Position numbers and translations under genes: made by a program
Shown here: piece by piece, positions 15,894 to 26,294 of the stretch
Layout of the letters: each line of letters begins with the position of its first letter
Numbering within the stretch: the first letter of the stretch is position 1
Notes under the pieces: model-generated
Seen by the model: only the letters and a program-made list of their open reading frames with translations
The model's database searches: none
What the model was told of the DNA's origin: nothing
From: an uncultured bacterium
GTDB lineage: Bacteria; Patescibacteriota; Saccharimonadia; Saccharimonadales; Saccharimonadaceae
Assembly (NCBI GenBank): GCA_902761145.1
Contig: CACWJA010000003.1
Coordinates: forward strand, 92 to 64,091
Reading direction: 5' to 3'
Length of the DNA: 64,000 nt

Positions 15894-18274
15894 AAGATTC
15901 TTTTGATCCGCACAATCCTCGCGTCAAAAAAGCTCGCCAAAAACATCTCCTCAATACTCCACCATTTCTTGCACTTTTACTATTACTCTTTATTGCCCTA
16001 CTCACAGGAGGCATTGCCTTATTATATTTTAAACATTCAATTGGCTGGACACTAATAGGCTTTTCTGTCTTACCTACCATGTTAATATTCTGGATTAAAA
16101 CTGCTCTTACTGATATCCCCATCAAAAAAACGGATAATTTTACCGACATACTCTCAGAAAATCTTTTACTCTTGCTTTCTAGCAGCACTTCTGCTACAGA
16201 TTTTGCGCAAATTTTGCCAAAAACTCCTAGTGGAGCATTCATAATGGCGCGTTTTGGCTTGCCAGTACCATTCTTCACCAATATCTCCAATCTCCTTCCA
16301 TCCACCACTGAACCCATCTATCAAACCGCGCGCACTATCCGTGAGACTACCCAATCCGAAGAAATCACAGGTGCTGTCTTAGCCGTAGCTATTATTGCCA
16401 CTATTCCTAACCATGAAACACTTTTAAACCAACTCCAGCTCACCATGGACGATCTGCACCAAGGCATAATCTGGTTTAATTATCTCAACGGCATGGTTAA
16501 AGACGCCCATAAACCAGTCCGCACCGGAGGTATCGCACGAGACTTTGCATTCGGATATACTCCTACACTACAAAAATTCGCCATCAACCTATCAGAACGT
16601 TACGCTGGCTCACACACTAAGTTGCAACAAGCAGACCATACAAAAATCATCGATCAAATAATAGAAACCTTCACGCGTGGCGGCCGACAAAACGTTGCTC
16701 TTATTGGTGCTTATGGGAGCGGACGTTCTACTATCGTTAATTCTCTCGCAGAGCTTCTCATGGATGCTGACAGTCATATACCTGCCTCCCTCAAATACCG
16801 CCAAATCTATTCCCTCGACGCTCCAAGCCTTATCTCTTCCACTAGCACCGAAAGCGAATTAGAGTACACAATGATCAATATTTTCAACGAAATTTACTCA
16901 GCCAAAAACATCATCCTTTGTCTAGACAATGCCCACCTTTTCTTCGAACAAGGCCCAGGTTCAGTAGATATTGCCAATATCCTACTCCCAGTATTAGAAT
17001 CTGGCAATGTTCGCACCATCCTCATCATGGACGACCAAAAATTTCTTGAAATCTCAGCCAAAAATCCCGCACTAGCTAATGCACTCAATAAAATAGTAGT
17101 TACTCCTAGCGACCGCAACGAGACCCTTAAAATCCTTATGGATCAAGCGCCTCTACTAGAATACCAAAAAAATGTCATTTACACCTATCGTGCTCTCACC
17201 GAAGCCTATCGTCTTAGTGAACAATATATTCACGACATAGAAATGCCCGGCAAGGCCAAGCTTCTATTAGAATCTGCTGCCAGCTATGCGGAAGGCGGGC
17301 TAGTCACTGCTACATCGGTACAAACCGCAGTAGAAAAATCTTACGGCGTCAAAGTCAAAGTCGCCTCCGATACCGAAGATCGTACCAAGCTACTCAATCT
17401 AGAATCTCTTATCCACGAACACATGATAGATCAATCCGAAGCCGTCTCAGCCGTAGCTAACGCCCTGCGCCGTGCTGCCGCAGGCGTCAAACACGCTGGC
17501 CGTCCTATCGGCACTTTTCTGTTCTTAGGCCCCACCGGAGTAGGTAAAACCGAGCTAGCCAAGACCCTCTCCGAAGTCTACTTCAACGGCGAAGACAACA
17601 TCATCCGTCTAGACATGAATGAATTCGTCACGGCAGCCGATGTATCGCGTCTTATTCGTGATGGCGCCGAGGACAGCCTTAGTCTCACTGCTCAAGTTTC
17701 CAAGCAACCTTTTTCAGTAGTACTTTTAGACGAAATTGAAAAAGCCCACTCATCCGTACTTACCACTCTATTACAAGTACTGGACGAAGGTATTCTCCGC
17801 GACGAAAAGAATCGCGAAATTAGCTTTCGAGACTGTATCATCATAGCCACTTCCAATGCTGGTGCCACCGAAATCCGCGATCGCATCACTGCCGGCGCAC
17901 ACATCGACGACTTCAAAGAAGAGTTCATCGACCATCTCATCTCAAGCGGCGAATTCAAGCCCGAATTCCTCAACCGCTTCGATGAAATCTGCATTTTTAA
18001 ACCCCTCTCCAAAGAAGACCTCCTTCAAATCTTAGATCTTATTGTTACCTCTACCAATAAAACTCTCGAACCCCAAAAAATTTCCGTCACTGTCACCGCT
18101 AAGGCAAAACAACTTCTCATCGACAAAGGCTACGACCCCAAAATGGGCGCTCGCCCCATGCGCCGTATGGTTCAAAAAACTGTCGAAAACATCGTCGCCG
18201 CCGCCATTCTCTCTGGCCATGCTACTCCCGGCTCCACCCTTACTATCACTCCAAATGAAATTACCATTTCGTAG
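15890..18274 (+). CDS. Membrane-anchored two-ring Clp/Hsp100-like AAA+ ATPase (degenerate D1, canonical D2)
   Basis: Start at the ATG 15890 (MKDSFDPHN). Two N-terminal TMs. D2: FLFLGPTGVGKTELAK, VVLLDEIEKAH, ATSNAG, GARPMRR. D1: GAYGSGRST and ILCLDNAH replace the Walker A and B consensus. Confidence 0.75.
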   Translation: MKDSFDPHNPRVKKARQKHLLNTPPFLALLLLLFIALLTGGIALLYFKHSIGWTLIGFSVLPTMLIFWIKTALTDIPIKKTDNFTDILSENLLLLLSSSTSATDFAQILPKTPSGAFIMARFGLPVPFFTNISNLLPSTTEPIYQTARTIRETTQSEEITGAVLAVAIIATIPNHETLLNQLQLTMDDLHQGIIWFNYLNGMVKDAHKPVRTGGIARDFAFGYTPTLQKFAINLSERYAGSHTKLQQADHTKIIDQIIETFTRGGRQNVALIGAYGSGRSTIVNSLAELLMDADSHIPASLKYRQIYSLDAPSLISSTSTESELEYTMINIFNEIYSAKNIILCLDNAHLFFEQGPGSVDIANILLPVLESGNVRTILIMDDQKFLEISAKNPALANALNKIVVTPSDRNETLKILMDQAPLLEYQKNVIYTYRALTEAYRLSEQYIHDIEMPGKAKLLLESAASYAEGGLVTATSVQTAVEKSYGVKVKVASDTEDRTKLLNLESLIHEHMIDQSEAVSAVANALRRAAAGVKHAGRPIGTFLFLGPTGVGKTELAKTLSEVYFNGEDNIIRLDMNEFVTAADVSRLIRDGAEDSLSLTAQVSKQPFSVVLLDEIEKAHSSVLTTLLQVLDEGILRDEKNREISFRDCIIIATSNAGATEIRDRITAGAHIDDFKEEFIDHLISSGEFKPEFLNRFDEICIFKPLSKEDLLQILDLIVTSTNKTLEPQKISVTVTAKAKQLLIDKGYDPKMGARPMRRMVQKTVENIVAAAILSGHATPGSTLTITPNEITIS

Positions 18275-18324
18275 CTTCCAAAATACGACGAATTATGCAA
18301 TACGACCATTTTTTATTATAACTA

Positions 18325-18353
18325 TTGACAGAACATTAGCAGTGTGATATAAT
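18325..18353 (+). promoter_or_regulatory. Consensus promoter of 18495..19175
   Basis: TTGACA (18325..18330), 17 nt, TGaTATAAT (-10 at 18348..18353). Confidence 0.6.
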
Positions 18354-18400
18354 ACATATTATACCCTCATTACAAAGGGCAAGCTCTTTAATATATGCTT

Positions 18401-18468
18401 ATTTGAAGTTTTGCAACTCACATTGTCTACTTTTCACCAGCAGTCAACGTGAGTTGCAAAACTCAAAT
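18401..18468 (+). promoter_or_regulatory. Long imperfect inverted repeat (about 23-bp stem, 19-nt loop) in the 5' leader of 18495..19175
   Basis: ATTTGAAGTTTTGCAACTCACATTG (18401..18425) against CAACGTGAGTTGCAAAACTCAAAT (18445..18468). Ends 10 nt before the AAGGAGG SD. Confidence 0.6.
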
Positions 18469-18494
18469 ATTTCTTATAAGGAGGTCCTTCAACT

Positions 18495-19175
18495 ATGAAG
18501 ACCAAGAAGTCCATTATCGCCATCGTATCTGTTATTCTGTCAATCATTATCGCCACCACCGCGGTCACCGCAGCAGTACTCTACGCTTCCCAGGCTAGAG
18601 TATCATTCTTTACCGGTCATGTAGAGAACCTCGGCACGGCGGAAGACTCTCACCTCGCTATCAAATACGGCGGTGAATCTCTCGGCTCAGAAGTCGACAT
18701 CTCACCCAGCGGCGCAGTAGTATTCCCCATCCTCAGCAATGTAAAGTACACAACCACCTACGGCAAGCCTAGCACCTGGATAAGCAGCGAAGACAAATCG
18801 CCCTTACAGGCACCAAAGTTCATCGTGACATCCGAGGGCGGCAAGTCGCATAATGTCAACTTCCGCATCGTGGCACACGGTTCAGACCCATCACGTGCCG
18901 CTCTACGATTCGGCGTTGACATCATGTACTACGCCGACGACATAGGCCAAAAGGTAGTGCGCAGCGGCATCACCGAACTCAGTCAGACAGCCACCGGCGA
19001 GACTATCTCGTCCGACCCACTGCCACTTGGCGACGGCAACATCGCCGAAGACGAAGAGATAACAATTTATATCTCCGTCTGGGTAGACAAAGACGCTCTC
19101 AACAAAGTCGGCGTATATCCCAATGATGAAATTTCTCTAGAGGCGATCTTCACTTCTGGCGAAGTAACCTCCTAA
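18495..19175 (+). CDS. Secreted or membrane-anchored hypothetical protein (226 aa)
   Basis: AAGGAGG SD. N-terminal signal/anchor IIAIVSVILSIIIATTAVTAAVL. Followed by a strong terminator. Confidence 0.6.
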   Translation: MKTKKSIIAIVSVILSIIIATTAVTAAVLYASQARVSFFTGHVENLGTAEDSHLAIKYGGESLGSEVDISPSGAVVFPILSNVKYTTTYGKPSTWISSEDKSPLQAPKFIVTSEGGKSHNVNFRIVAHGSDPSRAALRFGVDIMYYADDIGQKVVRSGITELSQTATGETISSDPLPLGDGNIAEDEEITIYISVWVDKDALNKVGVYPNDEISLEAIFTSGEVTS

Positions 19176-19202
19176 CACACAGCAGCTTCGCGCTGCACCC
19201 CA

Positions 19203-19227
19203 GGGGCCATCACGGCCCCGTTTTTTT
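19203..19227 (+). terminator. Rho-independent terminator
   Basis: GGGGCC-ATCAC-GGCCCC followed by G and T7. Confidence 0.85.
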
Positions 19228-19398
19228 ATATCAATTTCTCCCATTGTAGCCATCTCAATCATACCTTATGAAATCACCCCATATTATCCCATCCCTCTCC
19301 CTACAGCCCCATAAAAACAAATAGACACGCAACCCCTGCACTGAAATAGGCTGAAACTTACGCCTCAAGTTTGGAACTTAAAGTGCTTTTCTTTACAA

Positions 19399-22320
19399 CT
19401 ACGGTACAGTTACTATCCACGGATCTGTAGCTATGCCAGTACCACTAGCAGCCGTCGTTCCAGGTTTTAATGAAATGGCCGGGCGCACCCCGTAACCGGT
19501 GCCGACGTTGATGTAGTAGAGGTTACCATCCAAGCTCAGGCGGAACTCGTACGCGCTGCCGCTCGAAAACCGGGCGTACGGCGAGAGCAACCAGAAGTTA
19601 CCGCCAGAATGCAGGTAAGAATTGGCATTGTACGTCGTTGGATTACCAGAAGACCGCCCAGAACCAGCCAAAGCCGCCTCGTCAGCGGTTAAAAGCGCCG
19701 CTGGAACCTTCAGTTCATTCGACAAACCAGAGCTATTAGCAACATAACGATATATATCAACGTCACCACGAGTACAGGTGAGCGTCGGGCCAACCGAGTC
19801 ATTCACATAATTACGGTTTCTGGCGCCAAAATAGACCGTACCACTCACACTCGTATAAATAGTAGATTGAATTTGTTCCAAAGTTGTTCCAGTAGTAGAA
19901 CCATAGTATGAACGATCATTGCAATATCCCGCACTTGGCTCCAATATGCTAGTATACGCCGCTAAATTATTTGGATACCAAGTATCTTCAATGTATGTCT
20001 TGATGGTAGACCGGGCATTATTTATTGTCGGGTTAGATCCGCTGCCAAACACTACATCCGGAGACACACCATTTGTGTTAGAATTGGTTGTATAGTTACT
20101 ATTATACGTATATCCAACGTACACAATGCTATTATAAGGACTATTAAACGCACTCGTAGTTACCTGAGCATTTCCTTGAGCATTCGCACAAGTAGACCCA
20201 GTCCAGGTGCCGTTGTAAACCATCTTTACGCCACCACTGCCTGTGGTACGGACTATGCGCCAACAGGTGTCGTTGCCGAGTTTCACATAGTTGGGGTAAG
20301 TAGTAGCTTTGCCATCAGAACCGTAGGTGCCTTGGTCTACCTCTGGCTCTAGTACACCGCGGTAATAGTAGATTTTGTTGGCATTGGAAGCATCACTGAC
20401 CTCCCCAAATCCACTAGAGTTGTATTCGTAAACACCAGAGTTAGACGTATCTGCTGTGTAGTCTGTGGTGGTAGGAGCGGTGATGGTTTCTTGTAACTGT
20501 GCCAAGGTTTGGGTGCCTTTACTCATCGCCGCCACTGTTTCATAAAGCGTAGGCGGCAATTTCCACTGAGCATATAGTGTTACGCTATCAGACCCTATTC
20601 CGGCCTGGTATTCTGCCTGATCTACATATGCCTCACCTGGATCTTGCTCGGTAGGTGTAGCCACTGTATTCCAGCCATTAAAGATATAGCCTTCCTTAGT
20701 AAAAGTATTTTGTGGTAAGGCTTCTGTCTGCCCTGCTTCTATGGTAATGGACTCCATTGTGCCACTATCCGCACCATTGCCATCAAAGGTGATTACTGTA
20801 GTATAAGCCCAGATAGCATAGAGGGTAATAGCATCATCTGCATTTAGATTTATATTGTTCATGATGTCTTGTTCGTCCATATAGGTAGCTTCTGTAGCGT
20901 TCTGGTCTGCACTCCAGCCTTTGAAGATATAGTTTTCTGCTGTGGATAGAATTGGGATTCTATAAACACCTGAGTATATTGTATTGGTCTTATTGTCAGT
21001 GATTTTACCATCTACGTAGGTAGGGATGAATGTCATTATGTTTTCTGTTGCTACGGCAGTGTCACTATATGTTAAGCCATTACTATTAAATATAACTGCA
21101 GCAGGAGCTCCCCACACTGCATAGAGGATCTGAGTGTTTTCCACTGTTTGGTCTATACCAAAGTCATCATCTGGTTGGAATACCCTGGCGTCATTAGGAC
21201 AAGTTTGATAGCCTGTGGTTTGGTTTTCTGTGGGTTGCATCGTGCACCAGCCAGTAAAGACGTAGCCTGCATGGGTAAAGCTTCCTGTAGACGTATCCGT
21301 GGTGCCTATGGCGGGGACTTTAGGACTAAGTGGTACTGTTATGGCGTCTCCGCTTTGAGTGGTACCGGCTTGGGCGCTGGGCATGTTGGTGACTTCGGCA
21401 TCTGTTGAGGCTTGGACTGGCTTATTGGCGTCGTAGGATACACTATATGGTACTGGATTACCTACTGCAGTGATGATATAAGACTGATTGTTGTAGGTAG
21501 TAGAGTAAGAACCAGCATAGGGTGTATAGTCTATCCTAGCTGCAAAGTCTATAGTGTATTCGTCTTCTAGTAATGTGCCATCATTAATATTGGTGTCTTC
21601 TTGGTTGGGAGAATCTGTAGTAACAATAGTATCCCCATTTACTGGAGCTGGGTAGTAGTTAATGGGAGAAGTAGCAGTAATGTCTTCATTGGTATTAGGA
21701 TCTAGAGTAGTGGTGGTGGTAGTGTTAGGGGTAGAGTTGTAGTGACTAGGTGCATAGCCCCAGGTGTTATTTAGGTCTATACCTTCTACTGTATTATCTA
21801 TGTAGTCTTCTGATGATACTGGTTGAGATAGAGAGCTAATAGCGCATTTATTTGAGGTAGGTGTATTTTCGCATTTCTCGTTATTACTAATGAGTTTGTC
21901 TGCAGATGATGATGCTGGATTAGAAGCTTTAATACCTAGTGTATAACCAGTGATGTTATTAGTGGCTACATGTATTACTGCAGTGCTGGCTTTCGTATCA
22001 TCATCTGCAGTACTGGCAAAAGTACCATTACTAGATGTAGGAGTAAGGTCTAGAGATAAGCTAGTAGTAGATAGCGAGATAGACAAAGTGGTATCACTAG
22101 CTATGGAAGTACCAGTGATAGCATTGGTATTATCATCGTCAGTGAAGATGGGAGGGCACAAGAAGATGGTAGATATAGCTAGTAGTATTATACATATACT
22201 ACATAATGCTACTTTGTCATAGCCAATAGAAGAAATAGAAGAATGAAAAGATGAAGTATTATTAGATTTTTTATTAAATTTCTTATTAAAAATAGTTACT
22301 CTGTCTAGAATATGTTGCAT
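19399..22320 (-). CDS. Large surface protein with an N-terminal anchor, a WxL-like module, at least three Listeria-Bacteroides (Flg_new) repeats, and a C-terminal domain ending in a ..GVRPAISL motif
   Basis: Repeats: GYVFTGWCT..LYAVWG, YIFKGWSAD..LYAIWAY, FDGNGADSG..FTKEGYIFNGWNT..VTLYAQWK. C-terminus: FWLLSPYA..GYGVRPAISLKPG. Start at the ATG 22320 (AAAGGA SD); alternative ATG at 22410. Confidence 0.7.
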   Translation of the reverse strand: MQHILDRVTIFNKKFNKKSNNTSSFHSSISSIGYDKVALCSICIILLAISTIFLCPPIFTDDDNTNAITGTSIASDTTLSISLSTTSLSLDLTPTSSNGTFASTADDDTKASTAVIHVATNNITGYTLGIKASNPASSSADKLISNNEKCENTPTSNKCAISSLSQPVSSEDYIDNTVEGIDLNNTWGYAPSHYNSTPNTTTTTTLDPNTNEDITATSPINYYPAPVNGDTIVTTDSPNQEDTNINDGTLLEDEYTIDFAARIDYTPYAGSYSTTYNNQSYIITAVGNPVPYSVSYDANKPVQASTDAEVTNMPSAQAGTTQSGDAITVPLSPKVPAIGTTDTSTGSFTHAGYVFTGWCTMQPTENQTTGYQTCPNDARVFQPDDDFGIDQTVENTQILYAVWGAPAAVIFNSNGLTYSDTAVATENIMTFIPTYVDGKITDNKTNTIYSGVYRIPILSTAENYIFKGWSADQNATEATYMDEQDIMNNINLNADDAITLYAIWAYTTVITFDGNGADSGTMESITIEAGQTEALPQNTFTKEGYIFNGWNTVATPTEQDPGEAYVDQAEYQAGIGSDSVTLYAQWKLPPTLYETVAAMSKGTQTLAQLQETITAPTTTDYTADTSNSGVYEYNSSGFGEVSDASNANKIYYYRGVLEPEVDQGTYGSDGKATTYPNYVKLGNDTCWRIVRTTGSGGVKMVYNGTWTGSTCANAQGNAQVTTSAFNSPYNSIVYVGYTYNSNYTTNSNTNGVSPDVVFGSGSNPTINNARSTIKTYIEDTWYPNNLAAYTSILEPSAGYCNDRSYYGSTTGTTLEQIQSTIYTSVSGTVYFGARNRNYVNDSVGPTLTCTRGDVDIYRYVANSSGLSNELKVPAALLTADEAALAGSGRSSGNPTTYNANSYLHSGGNFWLLSPYARFSSGSAYEFRLSLDGNLYYINVGTGYGVRPAISLKPGTTAASGTGIATDPWIVTVP

Positions 22321-22479
22321 ATATGATCCTTTTATAATACTTATGATAACGTAGATAGACAGAAAAAGCAATATCATTCTAAAAAATACTAATAATAACG
22401 GTATAATCATAATTATTTAGACAATCACCAACCATCATACTACATATCTTCCAAAATACGGCAAAATATACAGTAAGAC

Positions 22480-25404
22480 TTATAAAATCTTCTTCAAATA
22501 TTTCCCTGTCGGGGTCTTAGCATTTCGCGCCAAATCTTCCGGCGTACCTTCTGCACAAACTGTACCACCTTTTAGTCCACCCTCTGGTCCCATGTCTATC
22601 ACCCAATCGGCACTCTTTATTACATCCAAATTATGCTCTATGATAATCATCGAATTACCGCCATCTACCAATCGCCCCAATATCTTAAGCAATCGCTTTA
22701 CATCATCCGTATGTAATCCCGTAGTGGGCTCATCTAATATATATAAAGTCTTGCCAGTAGACCGTCTAGCCAATTCTGTAGCTAACTTTATTCGCTGCGC
22801 CTCACCGCCACTAAACGTCGTCGCTGGTTGCCCAAGCCGTATATAGCCCAACCCCACTTCCTGGATGGTTCGTAGCTTTGGCGCTATACTTGGAATATTT
22901 GCGAAAAACTCCACCGCCTCATCTATAGTCATATCTAACACTTGAGAAATGTCTTTACCCTTATATTTTATCTCTAGTGCTTCACGATTGTACCGCCGTC
23001 CATGGCATGCAGGACATTTCACATACACATCAGGCAAAAAATGCATTTCTATCTTGTTTACACCATCACCCTGACAATGCTCACATCGGCCGCCCTTTAC
23101 ATTAAAGCTAAATCTCCCTGCCTTGTACCCTCGCACTTCCGCCTCCGGCTGAGCCGCAAAAAGCTCCCGTATCGCCGTAAAAACTCCAGTATAAGTAGCT
23201 GGGTTACTCCTAGGTGTCCTACCAATCGGGCTTTGATCTATCACTATTATTTTATTAATATTCTCTATGCCGTCTATCCTCTCATGCGTACCACTAACAG
23301 TCTGCGCCCTATGCAATCTAGCCAAAAGTTCATTTGCTAGTATATTATTTACTAACGTAGATTTACCACTACCACTCACCCCACTTACTACTGTCATTAC
23401 TCCTAAAGGAAATCTTACATCTATATTTTTTAGATTGTTCTCACGAGCTCCTATTACTACCAACTCTTTACCTTTCTTAGCCTTGCGCCGCTTCTTAGGC
23501 ACCGGTATTTTCATTTTGCCAGACAAATATTTCCCAGTAATGGAATCAGGATTTTCCATTACCTCCGCTGGCGTACCAGCTGCCACCAACTGTCCACCAC
23601 GCGCCCCCGCTCCAGGTCCTATATCTACAATATAGTCAGATTGTCGCATGGTATCTTCATCATGTTCTACCACCAACACTGTATTCTTAAGATCTCTTAG
23701 ATGCTTTAGCGTAGATATTAGCTTATCATTATCCCGCTGATGCAAGCCTATAGATGGCTCATCTAGTACATATAGCACACCTTGCAGCCCCGAGCCTATC
23801 TGTGTAGCCAATCGTATCCGTTGTGCCTCGCCACCGCTAAGCGTATTAGCTGCCCTGCCTAGCTCTAAATATCCCAATCCTACATCTTGCATAAATTTCA
23901 CTCTTTCACGTATCTCCTTCAATATCGGCCCAGCTATCATATTCTCTGCTTCCGTAAAGCCCAAATCCTGGTTCAACACCTCTAGCGTAGCATCTACGTC
24001 TAAATTGCACACATCCATAATATTAAGGTCATGCACTGTCACCGCCAAAACTGCAGGTTTCAATCTAGACCCATGACAAGTCTGACATTCTCTCACCCGC
24101 ATAAACCTCTCAATATCATGTTTAGTAAATTCACTAGTCTTAGGATCATTATATCGTCGTTCCAACGTAGGAATCACACCTTCATATGTAGTCTGATATA
24201 CTGTACCGTCCGCAAATCTCCCACTACCAGTTATTTTCATCTCATATTTTTCATCACCAGTACCATACATTATCATTTGTCGGACTTCTTCTGATAATTC
24301 TCCTATCGGTGTATATACATTAAATCCATGCTTTACGCCCACTGCCATTAACCGTTTCAACCACCAAGATTCCTGCCCTACCCTATTAAATGGTCGTATC
24401 CCGCCCTCCGCTATAGTGAGGTTATTATTAAATACTAATCCTGGATCTATTTCCATCCGCGTTCCTAGCCCCGTGCATGTAGGGCATGCCCCCTCTGGAG
24501 CATTAAAACTAAACAGCCGCGGCGTTAGTTCTGGTATTAGCTCGTCAGGATGATCTGGACATGCATATCTCTGCGAATAGGTGAATATTTCCGCATCTAT
24601 AGTACTTATCTTATTCTCTCCTACCGCAGTAGTCCTATCGTTGATCTTAAGCACTTGTATTATCCCCTGCCCCATGTCTAGCGCTTGTTCTATAGAAGCA
24701 CTAATTCTCGATCTCATCTCTGGATTCAGCACAAATCTATCCACCACTATTTCTATATTATGCCGTTCATTCTTATTAAGATCCGGAAATTCATCTAATG
24801 CATATATTATGCCATCTACTCTCACTCGCGAAAAACCTTTTGCCGAATATTGCTCCGAAATATGCAAAAACTCACCTTTTTTCGACGAGACTATAGGCGC
24901 GAGTAACATGCACTTAGCTCCAAGTGGCAATTTCATCACTTCATTCACAATATCATCCACGGTCCTACGACTTACTTTTTTGTGACATATCGGGCAATGC
25001 GGCACCCCAACTCTCGCGAACAACAACCTCAAGTAATCATATACTTCCGTCACAGTTGCCACCGTAGAACGTGGATTTCGCGATGTGGATTTCTGGTCTA
25101 TAGATATAGCAGGAGACAATCCTGTAATAGAGTCTACCTCAGGCTTATCCATTATGCCAAGAAACATCCTAGCATAGCTAGACAGACTTTCTACATATCT
25201 TCGTTGACCTTCGGCGTATATAGTATCAAAAGCCAAAGAAGACTTTCCACTGCCAGACAACCCTGTAATTATCACGAGTTTGTCTCGTGGAATATCCACA
25301 TTTATATTTTTTAAATTATTTTGTCGTGCTCCGCGTATCCGTATTACATTCTCATCACCAAAAACCTCCCCCTTCACCTGCCTTTCCTTTTTACTACTGT
25401 CCAT
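22480..25404 (-). CDS. uvrA: Excinuclease ABC subunit A
   Basis: 974 aa. [37 protein letters not shown], two ABC modules (LSGGEAQR twice), zinc-finger CxxC pairs. Confidence 0.95.
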   Translation of the reverse strand: MDSSKKERQVKGEVFGDENVIRIRGARQNNLKNINVDIPRDKLVIITGLSGSGKSSLAFDTIYAEGQRRYVESLSSYARMFLGIMDKPEVDSITGLSPAISIDQKSTSRNPRSTVATVTEVYDYLRLLFARVGVPHCPICHKKVSRRTVDDIVNEVMKLPLGAKCMLLAPIVSSKKGEFLHISEQYSAKGFSRVRVDGIIYALDEFPDLNKNERHNIEIVVDRFVLNPEMRSRISASIEQALDMGQGIIQVLKINDRTTAVGENKISTIDAEIFTYSQRYACPDHPDELIPELTPRLFSFNAPEGACPTCTGLGTRMEIDPGLVFNNNLTIAEGGIRPFNRVGQESWWLKRLMAVGVKHGFNVYTPIGELSEEVRQMIMYGTGDEKYEMKITGSGRFADGTVYQTTYEGVIPTLERRYNDPKTSEFTKHDIERFMRVRECQTCHGSRLKPAVLAVTVHDLNIMDVCNLDVDATLEVLNQDLGFTEAENMIAGPILKEIRERVKFMQDVGLGYLELGRAANTLSGGEAQRIRLATQIGSGLQGVLYVLDEPSIGLHQRDNDKLISTLKHLRDLKNTVLVVEHDEDTMRQSDYIVDIGPGAGARGGQLVAAGTPAEVMENPDSITGKYLSGKMKIPVPKKRRKAKKGKELVVIGARENNLKNIDVRFPLGVMTVVSGVSGSGKSTLVNNILANELLARLHRAQTVSGTHERIDGIENINKIIVIDQSPIGRTPRSNPATYTGVFTAIRELFAAQPEAEVRGYKAGRFSFNVKGGRCEHCQGDGVNKIEMHFLPDVYVKCPACHGRRYNREALEIKYKGKDISQVLDMTIDEAVEFFANIPSIAPKLRTIQEVGLGYIRLGQPATTFSGGEAQRIKLATELARRSTGKTLYILDEPTTGLHTDDVKRLLKILGRLVDGGNSMIIIEHNLDVIKSADWVIDMGPEGGLKGGTVCAEGTPEDLARNAKTPTGKYLKKIL

Positions 25405-25442
25405 CCCTCAAGTATTCCTTACACAAAAAAATAATACCAATG

Positions 25443-25517
25443 TGGTGAGCCCGGCTGGAATCGAACCAGCATTGTATCCTTAGAGGGGATATGTCCTATC
25501 CGTTGAACGACGAGCCC
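25443..25517 (-). tRNA. tRNA-Arg (anticodon TCT), CCA encoded; unusual C at position 33
   Basis: Minus strand: GGGCTCG-TC-GTTC-AACGGATA-GGAC-A-TATCC-CCTCTAA-GGATA-CAAT-GCTGG-TTCGATT-CCAGC-CGGGCTC-A-CCA. Confidence 0.7.
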
Positions 25518-25537
25518 GCCGCACTATATATTATACC

Positions 25538-26287
25538 TTATTTTTCTGGTTTTCGCAATTTATAGTAAATAGATGGAGCAAATCTTACCGGCGCCAATAC
25601 CTGCTGTGCACGATTTTCCATTTTTATCAAATTCTTTGTACCAAACACTCTCTTTAATCCCTTACTACGGAAGTTTGACACAGATAACACCTTCTCTCGT
25701 TTGAACCCTACCCTATCAAATATATCTTCTACATACCTAGGATGGTAATTATAAAATCCATCCTTAGCAATGTCCTTATAATTTGCTACCTGCCTATTGA
25801 ATGGGTTTACTCTGCTGCGCCCAGTGACATACCGAGCCATCTTTGGCAAAGTACGTTTATTTGCCACTTCCACTACAGCCACGCCTCCAGGCTTTAGCAC
25901 TCTATATAACTCACTAATAGCCTTATTCATATCTTCCAAATGATGCGTTACTCTTACCATTATTAGTCCATCAAGTTCATTATCGCTAAACGGCAAAGTA
26001 TATATATCACCCGCCTTAGTTTCAATCTTATCGCCAAATATTTCCTTCGCCTGAGCCAACTCAGACTTAGAATAATCAAAAATATACACCTTACGCGCAC
26101 GCTTTATATATTCATTGGCTAGTCTTCCATAGCCACCACCAATATCGGCGAACTTCTCCATCCGTTTCGGAAGCAACTTCCGTATAGCCATACGGTCTGC
26201 TTGGTCCTCGTATTCACGATCCGCATCCTCCCAAAAAATCTTTTTATAGTCGTAACCATTATAGTCAGAAATAACTTTTTCACTCAT
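25538..26287 (-). CDS. Class I SAM-dependent methyltransferase
   Basis: FADIGGGYGRLANEY (motif I), ..IFDYS.., LKPGGVAVVEV. Confidence 0.75.
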   Translation of the reverse strand: MSEKVISDYNGYDYKKIFWEDADREYEDQADRMAIRKLLPKRMEKFADIGGGYGRLANEYIKRARKVYIFDYSKSELAQAKEIFGDKIETKAGDIYTLPFSDNELDGLIMVRVTHHLEDMNKAISELYRVLKPGGVAVVEVANKRTLPKMARYVTGRSRVNPFNRQVANYKDIAKDGFYNYHPRYVEDIFDRVGFKREKVLSVSNFRSKGLKRVFGTKNLIKMENRAQQVLAPVRFAPSIYYKLRKPEK

Positions 26288-26294
26288 ATGCTTA

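Noticed and set aside
25280-25483. 67-aa (+) ORF
   Set aside because: It overlaps the uvrA start region and the minus-strand tRNA-Arg(UCU).
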